Source: Gammaproteobacteria bacterium (GTDB lineage Bacteria; Pseudomonadota; Gammaproteobacteria; JAJPIJ01). Taken from it: 64,000 nucleotides of DNA. Numbering within the stretch: the first letter of the stretch is position 1; every line of letters starts with the position of its first letter. This document shows positions 10,072 through 22,368 of the stretch, piece after piece. The stretch covers positions 1,288 through 65,287 of the forward strand of contig JAJVIQ010000021.1 in NCBI GenBank assembly GCA_022071965.1, in the 5' to 3' direction. The notes beneath the pieces were generated by a model. It did no database searches. It saw only the letters and a list, made by a program, of their open reading frames with translations, and was not told the DNA's origin. A program made the translations under genes and the position numbers.

Positions 10072-10985
10072 AGGGCCTGTGCATACTGCTTCTGGTGGTG
10101 AACGTCCTCTATATCGGCTGGAGGGTGAACCAGCAGCTTTATGGCCCCGCCGTGTTATCCCGAGACGAGGCCGTCACCGCTCCCCTGCCGGCGGACGTGC
10201 CGTCCCTCACCCTCCTGAGCGAACTTGCCGATTCGCCGCCTGAGCGCGGCGCGGAAACGGGCGGCGCTTCCGTGACGGGGGACATCGCGCCCGAGCCTGG
10301 CGCGACGGACCGGCCCCTGGCAGCATCTCCCGCAGCACCGGAGCCGGAAATTCCTGCCGGACCCGCCGTGGAATCGGACGCGGCCACCCCGGCGACGGAT
10401 GCGAGGGCTGCGGGGCCACCACCTGAAGCTGCGGCCAAGGCGAAGCCGGAGCAGACCCCGGCTGCCCCGGAGCCGGCCGCAGTCCAGGCTGCGGCAACGG
10501 GTTCGGGGCCCGGGCAGACCGCCCCGGTCCAGCTCGCCTGCGCCACCATCGGCCCGTACCGCTCACGCGAGGACATGCGCGCGGCGATCAAGGACCTCAC
10601 CCCGCTCGTGCATCACGCCGCCAGCCGTACCGAGGCCTCGGGAGCGGCGCGACTGTATACCGTCTTTCTCGAGCCGGCGGAGTCCGAGGCCGAGGCCGAG
10701 GTGCGCATCGGCGAGCTGAAGAGCAAGGGGATCACCGATTATTTCCTCATCCGCCGTGGCGAGATGCGTAACGCCATCCAGGTCGGAACCTTTCGCTCGC
10801 AAGACTCCGTGGCGAAAAGACTCGCCGAGCTGGAACGCACCGGATACAAGACGGTCGTAGTGCCGAAGAGCGGTGGTCGCGAGCAGTACTGGATAGATGT
10901 GGCCTACGATGCCGGCCCCGAGTCGCTGAGCTCGCTGAAGGCGCGCGCAGGCGGCGTCAAGGTCATCGAATCCAAGTGCCCTTAG
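10068..10985 (+). CDS. SPOR-domain (peptidoglycan-binding) membrane protein
   Basis: N-terminal TM 'LCILLLVVNVLYIGW', a Pro/Ala-rich linker, and a C-terminal SPOR-like repeat (YTVFLEP..., IQVGTFRSQDSVAKRLAELE). ATGA overlap with coaX. Confidence 0.7.
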   Translation: MKGLCILLLVVNVLYIGWRVNQQLYGPAVLSRDEAVTAPLPADVPSLTLLSELADSPPERGAETGGASVTGDIAPEPGATDRPLAASPAAPEPEIPAGPAVESDAATPATDARAAGPPPEAAAKAKPEQTPAAPEPAAVQAAATGSGPGQTAPVQLACATIGPYRSREDMRAAIKDLTPLVHHAASRTEASGAARLYTVFLEPAESEAEAEVRIGELKSKGITDYFLIRRGEMRNAIQVGTFRSQDSVAKRLAELERTGYKTVVVPKSGGREQYWIDVAYDAGPESLSSLKARAGGVKVIESKCP

Positions 10986-11124
10986 ACGGCCACCCCGCCG
11001 CATAGGCCCTCGAAGAGGTGATGGGATGGCCGTGCCGCGCGTCGCGGGCCGCAGCCGGTGCCGTTGCCCGGACCGTATCGTGGCAATAAGATCGCCTCGT
11101 GCGTCAGGAGGCGCAACGCCACTC

Positions 11125-11198
11125 GCCCTGGTAGTTAAATGGCATAACGGCTGATTTGTAATCAGCTATTGGGGGTTCGACTCCCTCCCGGGGCACCA
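11125..11198 (+). tRNA. tRNA-Thr (anticodon UGU)
   Basis: Hand-folded cloverleaf. Acceptor GCCCTGG/CCGGGGC (one G-U), D stem GTTA/TAAC, anticodon stem GCTGA/TCAGC with loop TTTGTAA (TGT at 11157-11159), T arm GGGGG-TTCGACT-CCCTC, discriminator A, encoded CCA. 74 nt. Confidence 0.85.
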
Positions 11199-11234
11199 TC
11201 CATCCGGACGCATCCTCACCCTCCGGCAGAGTGT

Positions 11235-11627
11235 ATGAAGGCTCCAATGGCAGTGACCTTGCGCACGGCATGGCTGACGGGCGGCTACCTGCTCGCAGCC
11301 GCCATCGTCTATTTTTCGCTGGCGCCCACGGCCAGCGCATCCCTGGAGCAGGGCTGGGACAAGGTGTATCACCTGCTGGCGTACCTGACGCTGATGCTGT
11401 GGTTCGCGCAGGCGTGCGAGCGCCGGCACTGGCCGCTGCTCGGGTTGCTGTGCATCGTGCTGGGTATCCTGCTCGAATTCGCGCAGCGCTACGGCGGTTA
11501 CAGGACCTTCAGTTACGATGACATGCTGGCCAACGTCGGCGGCGTCGCCGTCGCCTGGCTGCTCGCCGCGGCCGGAGTGAATCAGGGGCTGCGCCGTCTG
11601 AATCGCTGGTATCGCCGCACTTCGTAA
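11235..11627 (+). CDS. VanZ-like family membrane protein
   Basis: About 130 aa with 4 TM helices. 'DKVYHLLAYLTLMLWF' and 'LEFAQRYGGYRTFSYDDMLANVGG' resemble VanZ-family motifs. Start at 11235 is chosen so the CDS does not overlap the tRNA. Confidence 0.6.
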   Translation: MKAPMAVTLRTAWLTGGYLLAAAIVYFSLAPTASASLEQGWDKVYHLLAYLTLMLWFAQACERRHWPLLGLLCIVLGILLEFAQRYGGYRTFSYDDMLANVGGVAVAWLLAAAGVNQGLRRLNRWYRRTS

Positions 11628-11636
11628 GGAGGAAGG

Positions 11637-12176
11637 ATGAACGCCCGTTCGGCAATGGCAACACTTCTGCTGCTAGGCAGCATGTCGGCCGGGGCGTGGA
11701 CCGATCCCGGGGGGCGCGTGCCGGCGGCTCCCGACGCCCCGTCCGAGGCGGGCAGCCACGCCGGTTATCGCACCCTGTCCGACGTGCGTCGGGTGATCAT
11801 CCAGATCCTCGGCACCAACAGCCGGGAGTGGGAGCGCTACGGCTTCACGGACGAGGGATTGCGCCGCGCGATCACAGAACGGCTGCAGGCCCGCGGCATC
11901 GAGGTGGTGGCCGCTGGCGGGTCGTTGGGGGGGGCCTCCACCGCGTTGCTGGAGGTCGACGTTCACGTCAACGACCAGGCCTTCCTGTATTCCTACCAGG
12001 TCTTCGTGCGCCTGAAGGAGAAGCTGCCGCTGCCGCACAACCCGCAGGCCTTCGTGACCAAGACGGTGTGGTCGGACTGGAAGATCGGCGGCTTCGAGGC
12101 CTACAACTTCGGCAAGCTGCGGGCAGCGATCCTGGAGCTGGTCGACAGGCTGCTCGCCAGCTACGAGTTCCAGTAG
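11637..12176 (+). CDS. Hypothetical secreted protein
   Basis: 179-aa ORF with signal peptide 'MATLLLLGSMSAGAW'. GC3-rich codon usage, SD 'GGAGGAAGG' upstream. I do not recognise a family. Confidence 0.5.
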   Translation: MNARSAMATLLLLGSMSAGAWTDPGGRVPAAPDAPSEAGSHAGYRTLSDVRRVIIQILGTNSREWERYGFTDEGLRRAITERLQARGIEVVAAGGSLGGASTALLEVDVHVNDQAFLYSYQVFVRLKEKLPLPHNPQAFVTKTVWSDWKIGGFEAYNFGKLRAAILELVDRLLASYEFQ

Positions 12177-12215
12177 GGTATCAAGGGCTCGCCCCGCCGG
12201 CCGATAACGGGCGGT

Positions 12216-13268
12216 ATGCGCCGCCGCCTCCCCGTGCTGCTCCTCGCGTTCTTCGCCCTGGTGCCGCCGGCGTCCGCTCTCGAATTCAAGGACGGGCTCG
12301 ACGCCTACCGCCGGCAGGATTGGGCCACCGCGATCAAGGTCTTCACCCTGCTGGCCGATCGTGGCGACGCCCGTTCGCAATTCGCGCTGGCCATGATGTA
12401 TGACCGTGGCGAGGGCCTGGCCACCGACGATCGCAAGGCCCTGGAGTGGTACACGAAGAGCGCGGAGGCCGGCTACGACAAGGCCCAACTGAATCTCGGC
12501 TTCATGTACGAGCGCGGCGAGGGCGCCACCAAGGATGCGGAGCAGTCGCTGCGCTGGTTTCGTGAGGCGGCGACCCGGGGAAACGCCGAGGCGCTGGCCC
12601 GCCTGACCAAGCTTGCGGGCGACGCCGATTCTGACGCGCAGTTCGTCCTCGGCAGCATGTACGCGACCGGCAGAGGAGTGGAGAAGAACCCCGAGGCGGC
12701 GCGCAAATGGCTGGCGAAGGCCGCCAAGGCCGGCCACGCGAAGTCGCAATACAATCTCGCAGTCCTGCTCGAGGGTGCGGGCGAGGATGAGCTGGCGCGG
12801 CAGTGGTACAAAAAGTCCGCTGCGCAGGGTCACGTGAAGGCCGCCTACAACCTCGCGCTGCTGCATCTCGACGGAGAGCCGGCGATGGCCGCCAGGTATC
12901 TGGAGCAGGCGGCGGGTCGAGGACATGCCCCGGCGCAGTATCAGCTCGCCGTACTCTGCGACGAGGGGCGCGGGGTGAGCGCGGACCGCGTCAAGGCCCG
13001 GCGGCTCTTCGAGGCGGCCGCCCGCGCCGGCTATGCGCCGGCGCAGGTAAGCCTCGGCGCCCGCTACGCGCGAGGCGAGAACGCGGCGGGGGGGCCGCCG
13101 GATCTGGTCCGCGCCTATGCGTGGTTCACGATCGCCGCGCAATCCGAGGAGGCGGCGCAGAAGAACCTGAAACTCATCGAGCCGCGGCTTCAGCCCGGTC
13201 AGATCGATGCCGCCAGGGCGCTGCTGCCGAGATTGCTGGAGGGTGGCGCCGGCGCCGAAGGCGGCTGA
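12216..13268 (+). CDS. Sel1-repeat (TPR-like) secreted protein
   Basis: 350 aa with a signal peptide and about 8 tandem ~36-aa Sel1 repeats ('A..W..KAA..G...AQ..LG.MY..G.GV'). Confidence 0.8.
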   Translation: MRRRLPVLLLAFFALVPPASALEFKDGLDAYRRQDWATAIKVFTLLADRGDARSQFALAMMYDRGEGLATDDRKALEWYTKSAEAGYDKAQLNLGFMYERGEGATKDAEQSLRWFREAATRGNAEALARLTKLAGDADSDAQFVLGSMYATGRGVEKNPEAARKWLAKAAKAGHAKSQYNLAVLLEGAGEDELARQWYKKSAAQGHVKAAYNLALLHLDGEPAMAARYLEQAAGRGHAPAQYQLAVLCDEGRGVSADRVKARRLFEAAARAGYAPAQVSLGARYARGENAAGGPPDLVRAYAWFTIAAQSEEAAQKNLKLIEPRLQPGQIDAARALLPRLLEGGAGAEGG

Positions 13269-13270
13269 GC

Positions 13271-13795
13271 TCAACGGGGCATGTCGCGGCGCTCCAGATC
13301 CAGCAGGTAGCGTTTGCGGCCCAGGCCGGAGCTGTAGCCGCCGAGTGAACCGTCGCTGCTGACGACGCGGTGGCATGGCACCAGTATGACGATGCCGTTG
13401 CGGCCATTGGCCTGGCCGACGGCGCGCGTGGCCTTGCGCCGACCGACGCGCCGCGCGATCTCCGCATAACTCCGCGTCGTGCCGTAGGGGATCTTCACCA
13501 ACTCACGCCAGACCTCGACCTGGAACGGCGTGCCACGCAGCACCAGAGGTACGTCGAAGGCGCGCCGGCGGCCGCTGAAGTAGCCGTCGAGCTCCGAGCG
13601 CACCAGCCGCAGTACGCGCTGTGCCTCGCCAGCGCCCCGGTTCCGGAAGGCCGCGGGTATCGCGCCGGGCGGCAGCGCCTCGGTGAACTCGAGCAGGCAC
13701 AGGCCATCGCCCGTGGCGCCGGCGAGGAGATCTCCGATCGGCGAGTGCATGAGCGCGTATCGAATATCCTCAGCGGCGCCGGCACGCGGGTTCAT
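13271..13795 (-). CDS. ogt: Methylated-DNA--protein-cysteine methyltransferase
   Basis: Active-site 'VPCHRVV' and 'YAEIARRVG' helix. Start at 13795 (MNPRAG...) is chosen inside the tracked ORF and overlaps the ubiA stop by a few nt. Confidence 0.8.
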   Translation of the reverse strand: MNPRAGAAEDIRYALMHSPIGDLLAGATGDGLCLLEFTEALPPGAIPAAFRNRGAGEAQRVLRLVRSELDGYFSGRRRAFDVPLVLRGTPFQVEVWRELVKIPYGTTRSYAEIARRVGRRKATRAVGQANGRNGIVILVPCHRVVSSDGSLGGYSSGLGRKRYLLDLERRDMPR

Positions 13796-14727
13796 CGCAG
13801 CAGGTAGCTTGCCAGCAGGCCGGCGAAGATCGCCATCCCCGCCCAGTTGTTGTGCAGGAATGCGCGGAAGCATCCCTCAGGATCGCGCCCGCGGATCAGG
13901 TACTGATGGTAGGCAAACAGGGCTGCGGTCACGGCGAGCCCGGCGTGAAACGGCCAGCGCAGGTCCAGATTGGCACCGAGCAGCCACAGCGTGCCCAGCA
14001 TCGACACCTGAAGGACGCCGATGATGAAGCGATCGGCGTCGCCGAAGAGTATCGCCGTCGACTTCACGCCGATACGGATGTCGTCCTCGCGATCCACCAT
14101 CGCGTACATGGTGTCGTAGACGACCGACCACAGCACGTTGGCGATGAGGAGCAGCCACGCGGTGGGCGGCACCGAATCCGTCTGCGCGGCGAATGCCATC
14201 GGAATCCCCCATCCGAAGGCCAGGCCGAGATGGAACTGCGGCAGGTAGGTGTAACGCTTCGCGAACGGATAGGTCGCTGCCAGCAGGACGCCGGCGAACG
14301 ACAGCAGGATCGTATAGAGATTGGTGGTGAGCACCAGCGCGAAGGCCGCGGTGCACAGCACGAGGCACAGTATCAGTGCCTCCCTGGGGCGCACCGCGCC
14401 GGCTGCCAGCGGGCGCGCACGCGTGCGCCGGACGCGCCCGTCGAATCCGCGGTCGGCGAAATCGTTGATCACGCAGCCCGCCGATCGCATCAGCACGACA
14501 CCCAGCGTGAACACGACGGTGATCCATGCGTCCGGCCGGCCACCTCCCGCGATCAGCAACGCCCACCACGTCGGCCACAGCAGCAGGAAGATGCCGATCG
14601 GCCGATCCAGGCGCGTCAGTGCGACGTAATGCGGCCATTGCCGCCGCAGCAATCGCCACGACGACATCGAGGGCGCGGTCGCCGGCGATATCGGCGCTGC
14701 CAACTTGTTCCGACGCAACGATTGCAT
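13792..14727 (-). CDS. ubiA: 4-hydroxybenzoate polyprenyltransferase
   Basis: 311 aa, polytopic. '[23 protein letters not shown]' and '[13 protein letters not shown]' are the two UbiA Asp-rich motifs. Confidence 0.9.
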   Translation of the reverse strand: MQSLRRNKLAAPISPATAPSMSSWRLLRRQWPHYVALTRLDRPIGIFLLLWPTWWALLIAGGGRPDAWITVVFTLGVVLMRSAGCVINDFADRGFDGRVRRTRARPLAAGAVRPREALILCLVLCTAAFALVLTTNLYTILLSFAGVLLAATYPFAKRYTYLPQFHLGLAFGWGIPMAFAAQTDSVPPTAWLLLIANVLWSVVYDTMYAMVDREDDIRIGVKSTAILFGDADRFIIGVLQVSMLGTLWLLGANLDLRWPFHAGLAVTAALFAYHQYLIRGRDPEGCFRAFLHNNWAGMAIFAGLLASYLLR

Positions 14728-14730
14728 CGC

Positions 14731-15318
14731 TCAATCCTGATCGCTCAGGAAGATCTCCGTGACGAGCAAGGGCTCGCCGCCAATATAGAACAAAGAGGTG
14801 CGCCCCCAAAAGCGAGGGCTGGAGCGCACGGCGCGGCGAAGCGCGCCGGCATACAGGGCGTCGCCGGGCTTTACGGGGAATATCCGCGTCTGTCCGCGGA
14901 CGACGTGCCTGTCGGTGAACAGCAACTCGCCGAGCGGGCGGGTGCCCAGATGGCGCAGCCGACGGTATCGTCCCTGCAGTGTCCGCCGCGGTACCACCGA
15001 GCGGGCGAACACGGCGGCACGCCCAAGGCACATCAGCGTGACCTCGCGCAGCAGTGCCGCCTCGCGGGACCGCAACCCGAGGGTGCGCGCCTCGCACGCG
15101 AACGGAGCGGCCCAGGCAAGCCGGTCGAGCCGGACCCGAAAATCGCCCTGTGAAAGTGCGATCAGCCGGCGCGTGAGCGAGCCGCGATCGAGCAGCAGCG
15201 AGCGTAACAGTGGCGGCAGGTCGGTCGGTATCAATCGCGGACCGGAATGTGTCGAGGAGGGGATGCAACGGCCCGCGGGCGGTTTGCCCTCCCTAGCCGC
15301 TGCCGTAGTGTAACGCAT
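14731..15318 (-). CDS. ubiC: Chorismate--pyruvate lyase
   Basis: 'LLLDRGSLTRRL' and 'WGRTSLFYIGGEPLLVTEIFL' align by eye with E. coli UbiC (LLLEDSMTKRF / [21 protein letters not shown]). Lies directly upstream of ubiA. The start is uncertain and overlaps the recG 3' end. Confidence 0.75.
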   Translation of the reverse strand: MRYTTAAAREGKPPAGRCIPSSTHSGPRLIPTDLPPLLRSLLLDRGSLTRRLIALSQGDFRVRLDRLAWAAPFACEARTLGLRSREAALLREVTLMCLGRAAVFARSVVPRRTLQGRYRRLRHLGTRPLGELLFTDRHVVRGQTRIFPVKPGDALYAGALRRAVRSSPRFWGRTSLFYIGGEPLLVTEIFLSDQD

Positions 15319-17482
15319 CGGGCAGCCAGCGTCGGACTATCGCGTCGACGCGTTCGGGATGTTCGGCGAGCAACTGTTCTGCGGCCCTGGCGACGAACGG
15401 CAGCAATTCGTTGTCGCGCACGAGATCGGCGATCCGCATCTGCGCGAGCCCCGCCTGGCGGCTGCCCAGCAGCTCGCCCGGCCCGCGCAGCTCGAGGTCG
15501 CGCTGCGCGATCAGGAAGCCGTCGGCCGTCTCACGCATCACGGCGAGCCGTTCGCGCGCCAGCGCCGAGAGCGGCGCCTGGTAGAGCAGCACGCAGTCGC
15601 TCTTGACTCCGCTCCGCCCGACGCGGCCGCGCAACTGGTGCAGTTGCGCGAGGCCGAGCCGCTCGGCGTTCTCGACGATCATCAGACTCGCGTTCGGGAC
15701 GTCGACGCCGACCTCGACCACCGTGGTGGCTACCAGCAGGTCGATGCGCGCGTTCGCGAAATCCGACATGGCGGCGTCGCGCTCGCCGTCCTTCATGCGC
15801 CCGTGCACGAGGCCTACCCTCACCTCGGGCAGTGCCGCGGCCAGTGCCGCCGCCGTGTCGGTCGCGGTCTGGCATTGCAGCGTTTCGGATTCCTCGATGA
15901 GCGTGCAGACCCAATACACCTGGCGGCCGACACGGATCGCCTCGGCGATGCGCGCGACAATCTGGTCGCGCCTGGTATCCGCGATGACCACGGTGGAGAC
16001 GGGCTGGCGGTTCGGCGGCAGCTCATCGAGGACCGACGTATCGAGGTCCGCGTAGGCGGTCATGGCGAGCGTGCGCGGGATGGGCGTGGCGGTCATGATG
16101 AGCTGATGCGGATGTTCCGCACCCTGCCGTCCCTTGTCGGCCAGGGCCAGGCGCTGGTCGACGCCGAAGCGATGCTGCTCATCGATGATGGCCAGGCCCA
16201 GTCGCGCGAAGCTCACGTCATGCTGAAACAGGGCGTGGGTTCCGACCACGACCGCGCGCGGCTCCGCGGCGATCCGCGCGAGCATCTCGCTGCGGTTCCT
16301 GCCCTTGAGCTTGCCCGAAAGCCACAGGACGGGCAGCCGTAGCGGCCCGAGCCAATGCCCGAGGTTGCGCTGGTGCTGTTCGGCGAGCAATTCGGTGGGC
16401 GCCATGATGGCGGCCTGGTAGCCGCACTCCAGCGCGGTGAGGGCGGCCAGCGCGGCAACCACGGTCTTGCCGGATCCGACATCGCCCTGCAGCAGCCTCA
16501 GCATCGGGCGATCCGCGGCGAGGTCGCGCGCGATCTCCTCGCTGGCGCGTTGCTGCGCCGCGGTGAGGGCGTAGGGCAGTCGGCGAGCGAACGCGGCGCG
16601 AAGGCGGCCGTCGCCCTGCAGCGGCGGGGCGCGTCGGCGGCCCAGCCTCTGCCGCAGCACCCGCAGACTCAGGCGATGCGCGAGCAGCTCTTCGACGATC
16701 AGCCGCCTCTGGGCGGGATGACTTCCGGCCTCCAGGTCGCCCATCCTCGTGTCCGATGGCGGGCGATGCAGGAAACGCAGACTCGTGGCCAGCGTGGGCA
16801 GACCCATGGGGACGCGCAGGCTTGGCGGGAGCAGGTCGCTGAGCGTGCCGCCGGAGTCGCGCGCCAGCAGTGCGAGGACCTGCGTCGTCAGCTTGCGCAG
16901 GGTGAGTTGATGCAAGCCCTCCGTGGTCGGGTATATCGGCGTCAACGTCTCCTCGACCGGGGCCGGCGCGGCCGCATCGACGATCCGATACTCCGGGTGC
17001 ACCATCTCCAGGCTGTGCGGCCCGCGGCGCACGTCGCCGTAACAGCGCAGCACGGCGCCGCGCGCCAGGGTCGCCTGCTGCGTCCTGCTGAAATGGAAGA
17101 ATCGCAGGTACAGCGCCCCGGTACCGTCGGCCAGCCGCACCATGAGCGATCGGCGCCGGCCGAACTGCACGTGGGCGATCTCCACGGTTCCCTGTATCGA
17201 CGCCTCCGTGTCGGGGCGCAGGGACCCGATGGGGACCACCCTCGTCCGGTCCTGGTACCGCAGCGGCAGGTGGAAAAGGAGATCGGCGACGCGCCGCACC
17301 CCGAGGCGACGCAGACGTTCGGCGAGCTTCGGGCCCACACCGGCCAGCGAGGTGACCGGCGCGGCGAGTCCGACGGACATTGCGTCGGCCGCGGGCTCGT
17401 CCGCCATCGCCACGCGCGAGTGCTCCTCCCCCGGGGCGTGGACCTGGAGTGGCATCCGGGTCCGGGGGTTCACTGCGCGCAC
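15293..17482 (-). CDS. recG: ATP-dependent DNA helicase RecG
   Basis: 729 aa. Wedge/OB N-terminus, Walker A 'GDVGSGKT', DEAH-type 'IIDEQHRFG', 'TATPIPRT'. The start may instead be at 17407. Confidence 0.9.
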   Translation of the reverse strand: MRAVNPRTRMPLQVHAPGEEHSRVAMADEPAADAMSVGLAAPVTSLAGVGPKLAERLRRLGVRRVADLLFHLPLRYQDRTRVVPIGSLRPDTEASIQGTVEIAHVQFGRRRSLMVRLADGTGALYLRFFHFSRTQQATLARGAVLRCYGDVRRGPHSLEMVHPEYRIVDAAAPAPVEETLTPIYPTTEGLHQLTLRKLTTQVLALLARDSGGTLSDLLPPSLRVPMGLPTLATSLRFLHRPPSDTRMGDLEAGSHPAQRRLIVEELLAHRLSLRVLRQRLGRRRAPPLQGDGRLRAAFARRLPYALTAAQQRASEEIARDLAADRPMLRLLQGDVGSGKTVVAALAALTALECGYQAAIMAPTELLAEQHQRNLGHWLGPLRLPVLWLSGKLKGRNRSEMLARIAAEPRAVVVGTHALFQHDVSFARLGLAIIDEQHRFGVDQRLALADKGRQGAEHPHQLIMTATPIPRTLAMTAYADLDTSVLDELPPNRQPVSTVVIADTRRDQIVARIAEAIRVGRQVYWVCTLIEESETLQCQTATDTAAALAAALPEVRVGLVHGRMKDGERDAAMSDFANARIDLLVATTVVEVGVDVPNASLMIVENAERLGLAQLHQLRGRVGRSGVKSDCVLLYQAPLSALARERLAVMRETADGFLIAQRDLELRGPGELLGSRQAGLAQMRIADLVRDNELLPFVARAAEQLLAEHPERVDAIVRRWLPDALHYGSG

Positions 17483-17501
17483 CGCCCGCGGCCGTTGCGG
17501 C

Positions 17502-17891
17502 TCACTGCCCGCCGATCACCATGATGGCGTCCATCTCCACTGCCGAACCGCGTGGCAGCGCTGCCACCCCTATGGCGGCCCGGGCCGGGTAAGGCTGTCG
17601 GAAGTAGGCCGCCATGATCTCGTTGACCAGCGGGAAGTGCGCCAGGTCGGTGAGGAAGACATTGAGCTTCACCACGTCGTTGAGCGATCCGCCGGCGGCC
17701 GCCGCAACGGCCTTGAGGTTCTCGAACACCTGAGTGACCTGGGCGCCGATGTCGCTGCCGACGAGCTCGGACTTCCCGGGTACCAGCGGGATCTGGCCCG
17801 AAAGGTATACCGTATTGCCGGCCTTGATGGCCTGCGAGTACGTGCCGATCGCGGCGGGTGCCTGGTCGGTGCTGATGGCGGTGCGGGACAT
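17502..17891 (-). CDS. ridA: RidA/YjgF family reactive-intermediate deaminase
   Basis: 129 aa. '[25 protein letters not shown]' and '[18 protein letters not shown]' are typical RidA termini. Synteny spoT-ridA-recG. Confidence 0.85.
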   Translation of the reverse strand: MSRTAISTDQAPAAIGTYSQAIKAGNTVYLSGQIPLVPGKSELVGSDIGAQVTQVFENLKAVAAAAGGSLNDVVKLNVFLTDLAHFPLVNEIMAAYFRQPYPARAAIGVAALPRGSAVEMDAIMVIGGQ

Positions 17892-18001
17892 GGGATGCTC
17901 CTCCTGGTTGTGATCGGTCGTTCGTGCCTGGCGGCGGACATCCGTGGCTCGACGTGCCTCCGGGCGCCGCGACCGCGCGGCGGGCCGCGCAAGGCCGCCC
18001 C

Positions 18002-20131
18002 CTACGAGCGGGTGCGCTGCACGCGCGTGACGTGCTTGATCGCCCTGATCGCGCGCAGCACGCGCGCCAGATGCACGCGGTCGCGGACGGTGATGATGAA
18101 GGTCATGCTCACGTATCGATCGTCACGGTCGGTCATCTGCACGTTCTCGATGTTGGCGCTCTGCTCGGCGATGGCGGCGGCGATCGTCGCCAGCGCGCCG
18201 CGCTGGTTCGTGACATCGAGGCGGATCTCCGACTGGAAGTCGCGGTCGACCTGCTCGGCCCAGGATACGTCGACCCATTTCTCGGGCTGATTGCGGAAAT
18301 CGGCGATGTTCTTGCACGGCTCACGGTGGATCACGATCCCGCGCCCCGCGGTCACGAAACCTATGATCGCATCCCCGGGTATGGGGTAACAGCACTTCGG
18401 GAACGTCACCACCATGCCCTCCGTGCCCTTGATGACGAGCGGCTGCGCCGTCGGCTCGGCGATGCGCGTGGCGGGGCCATCCAGCATCGCGGTGACCGGC
18501 GTGAGCGCGCGGGCGACGATGGGCGCCATGCGCCTGCCCAGTCCGATCTCCTCCAGCAGCTGCTCGCGGGACTTCAGCTTCATCTCCGCGAGGACCTGAT
18601 CGAGCTGCGTCTTGTCGACGGTGTCGAGCTTCAGGCCGTAGCTCTCCAGCTCGCGGTTGAGCATGCGCATGCCGAGCGTGCGCGCCTCGTCGGCCTGGAT
18701 GGTCTTCAGGAAGTGCCGGATGTTCGACCGGGCCCGTGCGGTGACCGCGAAGCTCAACCAGGCGGGGTTCGGGCGGGCTCCCGGCGCGGTGATGATCTCC
18801 ACCGTCTGCCCGGTCGCCAGCGGCGTGCGCAGCGGCGCGAGATGGCGATTGATGCGCGCGCCGACGCAGCGGTTGCCGACATCGGTGTGAATGGCGTATG
18901 CGAGGTCGACCGCGGTGGCCCCCTTGGGCAGCTCCTTGATCTCGCCTTTCGGCGTGAATACGTAGACCGCGTCCGGGAAGAGGTCGGTCTTGACGGTCTC
19001 GAGGAACTCCTGGGAGTTGCCGGCCTGGCGCTGCATGTCGATGACGCTGCGCAACCACTCGCGCGCGCGCTGCTGCGCGCTGGCGACGATCTCGCCCTCG
19101 CCGCTCTTGTACAACCAGTGCGCGGCGATGCCGGCCTCGGCGACCTCGTTCATCTCGCGGGTGCGGATCTGCACCTCGATCGGCACGCCGTACGGTCCGA
19201 ACAGCACGGTGTGCAGGGACTGGTAGCCGTTGGACTTGGGGATGGCGACGTAATCCTTGAACTTGCCCGGTACCGGCTTGTAGAGGTTGTGCATGGTGCC
19301 CAGCACCCGGTAGCAGGTATCCACGTTCTCGACGAGGAGGCGGAATGCGTAGACATCGTACACCTCCGAGAACGGCAGGTGCTTCTGCTGCATCTTCTTG
19401 TAGATGCTGTAGAGGTGCTTTTCGCGGCCGATCACGTCGGCGGCGATCTTCTCCTGCCGCAGCCGCCGTTTGATGGCAGCGCGAATCTTGTCGACGATCT
19501 CCCTACGATGACCGCGCACGCGCTTGACCTCGCGCGCCAGCACGCGGTACCGCATCGGGTGCAGCGACTTGAAGCCGAGCTCCTCGAGCTCGAGGCGTAT
19601 CTGGTTCATCCCCAGGCGCTGCGCGATCGGCGCGTAGATCTCCAGCGTCTCCCGGGCGATGGCGCGGCGTTTCTTGGGCGCCAGCGCCGCGAGCGTGCGC
19701 ATGTTGTGCAGGCGATCGGCCAGCTTCACGACGATGACGCGTATGTCGCTCGCCATCGCCATCAGCATCTTCTGGATATTGCGTGCCTGCTGCTCCGCGT
19801 GGGTCTCGAACTCCATCCGCGTCAGTTTCGACAGGCCGTCGACGATCTCGGCGACTTCGCTGCCGAATTCGCGCTTGATCTGATCCTTGCCGATGGGCGT
19901 GTCCTCGATGACGTCGTGCAGCACGGCGGCGATGAGCGTCTCGTGATCCATGTGCATGTCGGCAAGGATGCTCGCCACCGCGATCGGATGTTCGATGTAG
20001 GGCTCGCCGCTGGCGCGCCGCTGCCCGTCGTGCGCGTGTGCGCCGAACTGGTAGGCCCGCGTGAGCGCGTCGATCTGATCCTGGTTCAGGTAGCCGCTGG
20101 CGCGGCTGCGCAGGTCTTCAATCGCGAGCAT
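18002..20131 (-). CDS. spoT: Bifunctional (p)ppGpp synthetase/hydrolase
   Basis: 709 aa. HD hydrolase 'HPIAVA...LHDVIEDT', synthetase 'YQSLHT', and TGS and ACT-like C-terminal regions. Follows rpoZ as in E. coli and Pseudomonas. Confidence 0.9.
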   Translation of the reverse strand: MLAIEDLRSRASGYLNQDQIDALTRAYQFGAHAHDGQRRASGEPYIEHPIAVASILADMHMDHETLIAAVLHDVIEDTPIGKDQIKREFGSEVAEIVDGLSKLTRMEFETHAEQQARNIQKMLMAMASDIRVIVVKLADRLHNMRTLAALAPKKRRAIARETLEIYAPIAQRLGMNQIRLELEELGFKSLHPMRYRVLAREVKRVRGHRREIVDKIRAAIKRRLRQEKIAADVIGREKHLYSIYKKMQQKHLPFSEVYDVYAFRLLVENVDTCYRVLGTMHNLYKPVPGKFKDYVAIPKSNGYQSLHTVLFGPYGVPIEVQIRTREMNEVAEAGIAAHWLYKSGEGEIVASAQQRAREWLRSVIDMQRQAGNSQEFLETVKTDLFPDAVYVFTPKGEIKELPKGATAVDLAYAIHTDVGNRCVGARINRHLAPLRTPLATGQTVEIITAPGARPNPAWLSFAVTARARSNIRHFLKTIQADEARTLGMRMLNRELESYGLKLDTVDKTQLDQVLAEMKLKSREQLLEEIGLGRRMAPIVARALTPVTAMLDGPATRIAEPTAQPLVIKGTEGMVVTFPKCCYPIPGDAIIGFVTAGRGIVIHREPCKNIADFRNQPEKWVDVSWAEQVDRDFQSEIRLDVTNQRGALATIAAAIAEQSANIENVQMTDRDDRYVSMTFIITVRDRVHLARVLRAIRAIKHVTRVQRTRS

Positions 20132-20225
20132 GATGGTTCGCCTCAGCAGGCGCGCCGCAGACGAAAACGCCCGCGCGAGGCGGGCGTTGGCGCCGGCAGT
20201 ACGATGGGCGTCCTACTGCCGCACA

Positions 20226-20516
20226 TTACTCGTCCAGACCGCCGCGCAGCGGGGGCTGCTCCTCGACGACCTCGGCGAACGGGTCGATGATCTCCTCGGT
20301 GCCCGCCTCCCTGGCGGCGATGGCATCGTGGATCTCGTGTGTCATCAGCCCGTCGGCGACCTCGCGCAGGGCGAGCACGGTGGGCTTGTCGTTCTGGGCA
20401 TCGACCAGCGGGCGGGAGCCCATGGCGATCTGGCGCGCACGCTTGGCGGCCAGCAGCACGAGGTCGAAACGGTTGGCGACGTTGGGCAGACAGTCTTCTA
20501 CGGTGATACGGGCCAT
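20226..20516 (-). CDS. rpoZ: DNA-directed RNA polymerase subunit omega
   Basis: '[30 protein letters not shown]' is the canonical RpoZ N-terminus. The true start is at 20516, inside tracked ORF 20226..20747. Confidence 0.9.
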   Translation of the reverse strand: MARITVEDCLPNVANRFDLVLLAAKRARQIAMGSRPLVDAQNDKPTVLALREVADGLMTHEIHDAIAAREAGTEEIIDPFAEVVEEQPPLRGGLDE

Positions 20517-20592
20517 GCTGACTCCTGGTGCTTGGACCGCCCCAGAGGCGCCCGGGACGGCGAAATTGGGAATTAACCTGATGAAAATCTTA

Positions 20593-22108
<1,516 letters not shown>

Positions 22109-22368
22109 CGTTGCCCTCCCCGGATGTGGCCGCAAATGTTAATGCGCGCTGCCAATGAGCGCCAGAACCGCCTGCCCGTGTCGGCGGCTGCGGGCGACGC
22201 GATCACCGACTTCGGGGATGGCCTGCGCCCGACGCGCGTGCTCGCGGGTGCGGCGTGGCCGGGCGGCGTTGCGCGGTGCGAGACGCGCCGCGGTGCCCGC
22301 CGCTGCCTGGCGCGCCGGCGGGCAGCCCCCGGACGAGTGATGGCGAAGGGGGGCCTGCAGGCGTCATC

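Noticed and set aside
11150-11160. Alternative reading of the tRNA anticodon as GTA (tRNA-Tyr)
   Set aside because: With the 5-bp anticodon stem GCTGA/TCAGC, the 7-nt loop is TTTGTAA. Positions 34-36 are therefore TGT (Thr), preceded by U33 and followed by A37. A GTA reading would break the loop geometry, and there is no long variable arm as expected for Tyr.
11125-13268. Possible tRNA-associated genomic island (VanZ, secreted protein, Sel1 protein after tRNA-Thr)
   Set aside because: There is no integrase, no direct repeat of the tRNA 3' end that I could find, and no compositional shift. I treat these as ordinary chromosomal genes.
11673-13376. 567-aa minus-strand ORF
   Set aside because: It is antisense to the secreted hypothetical gene and the Sel1-repeat gene, whose ~36-aa repeat periodicity is clear on the plus strand.
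17924-20290. 788-aa plus-strand ORF
   Set aside because: It is antisense to spoT and rpoZ. It has no motifs and a shadow-ORF composition.
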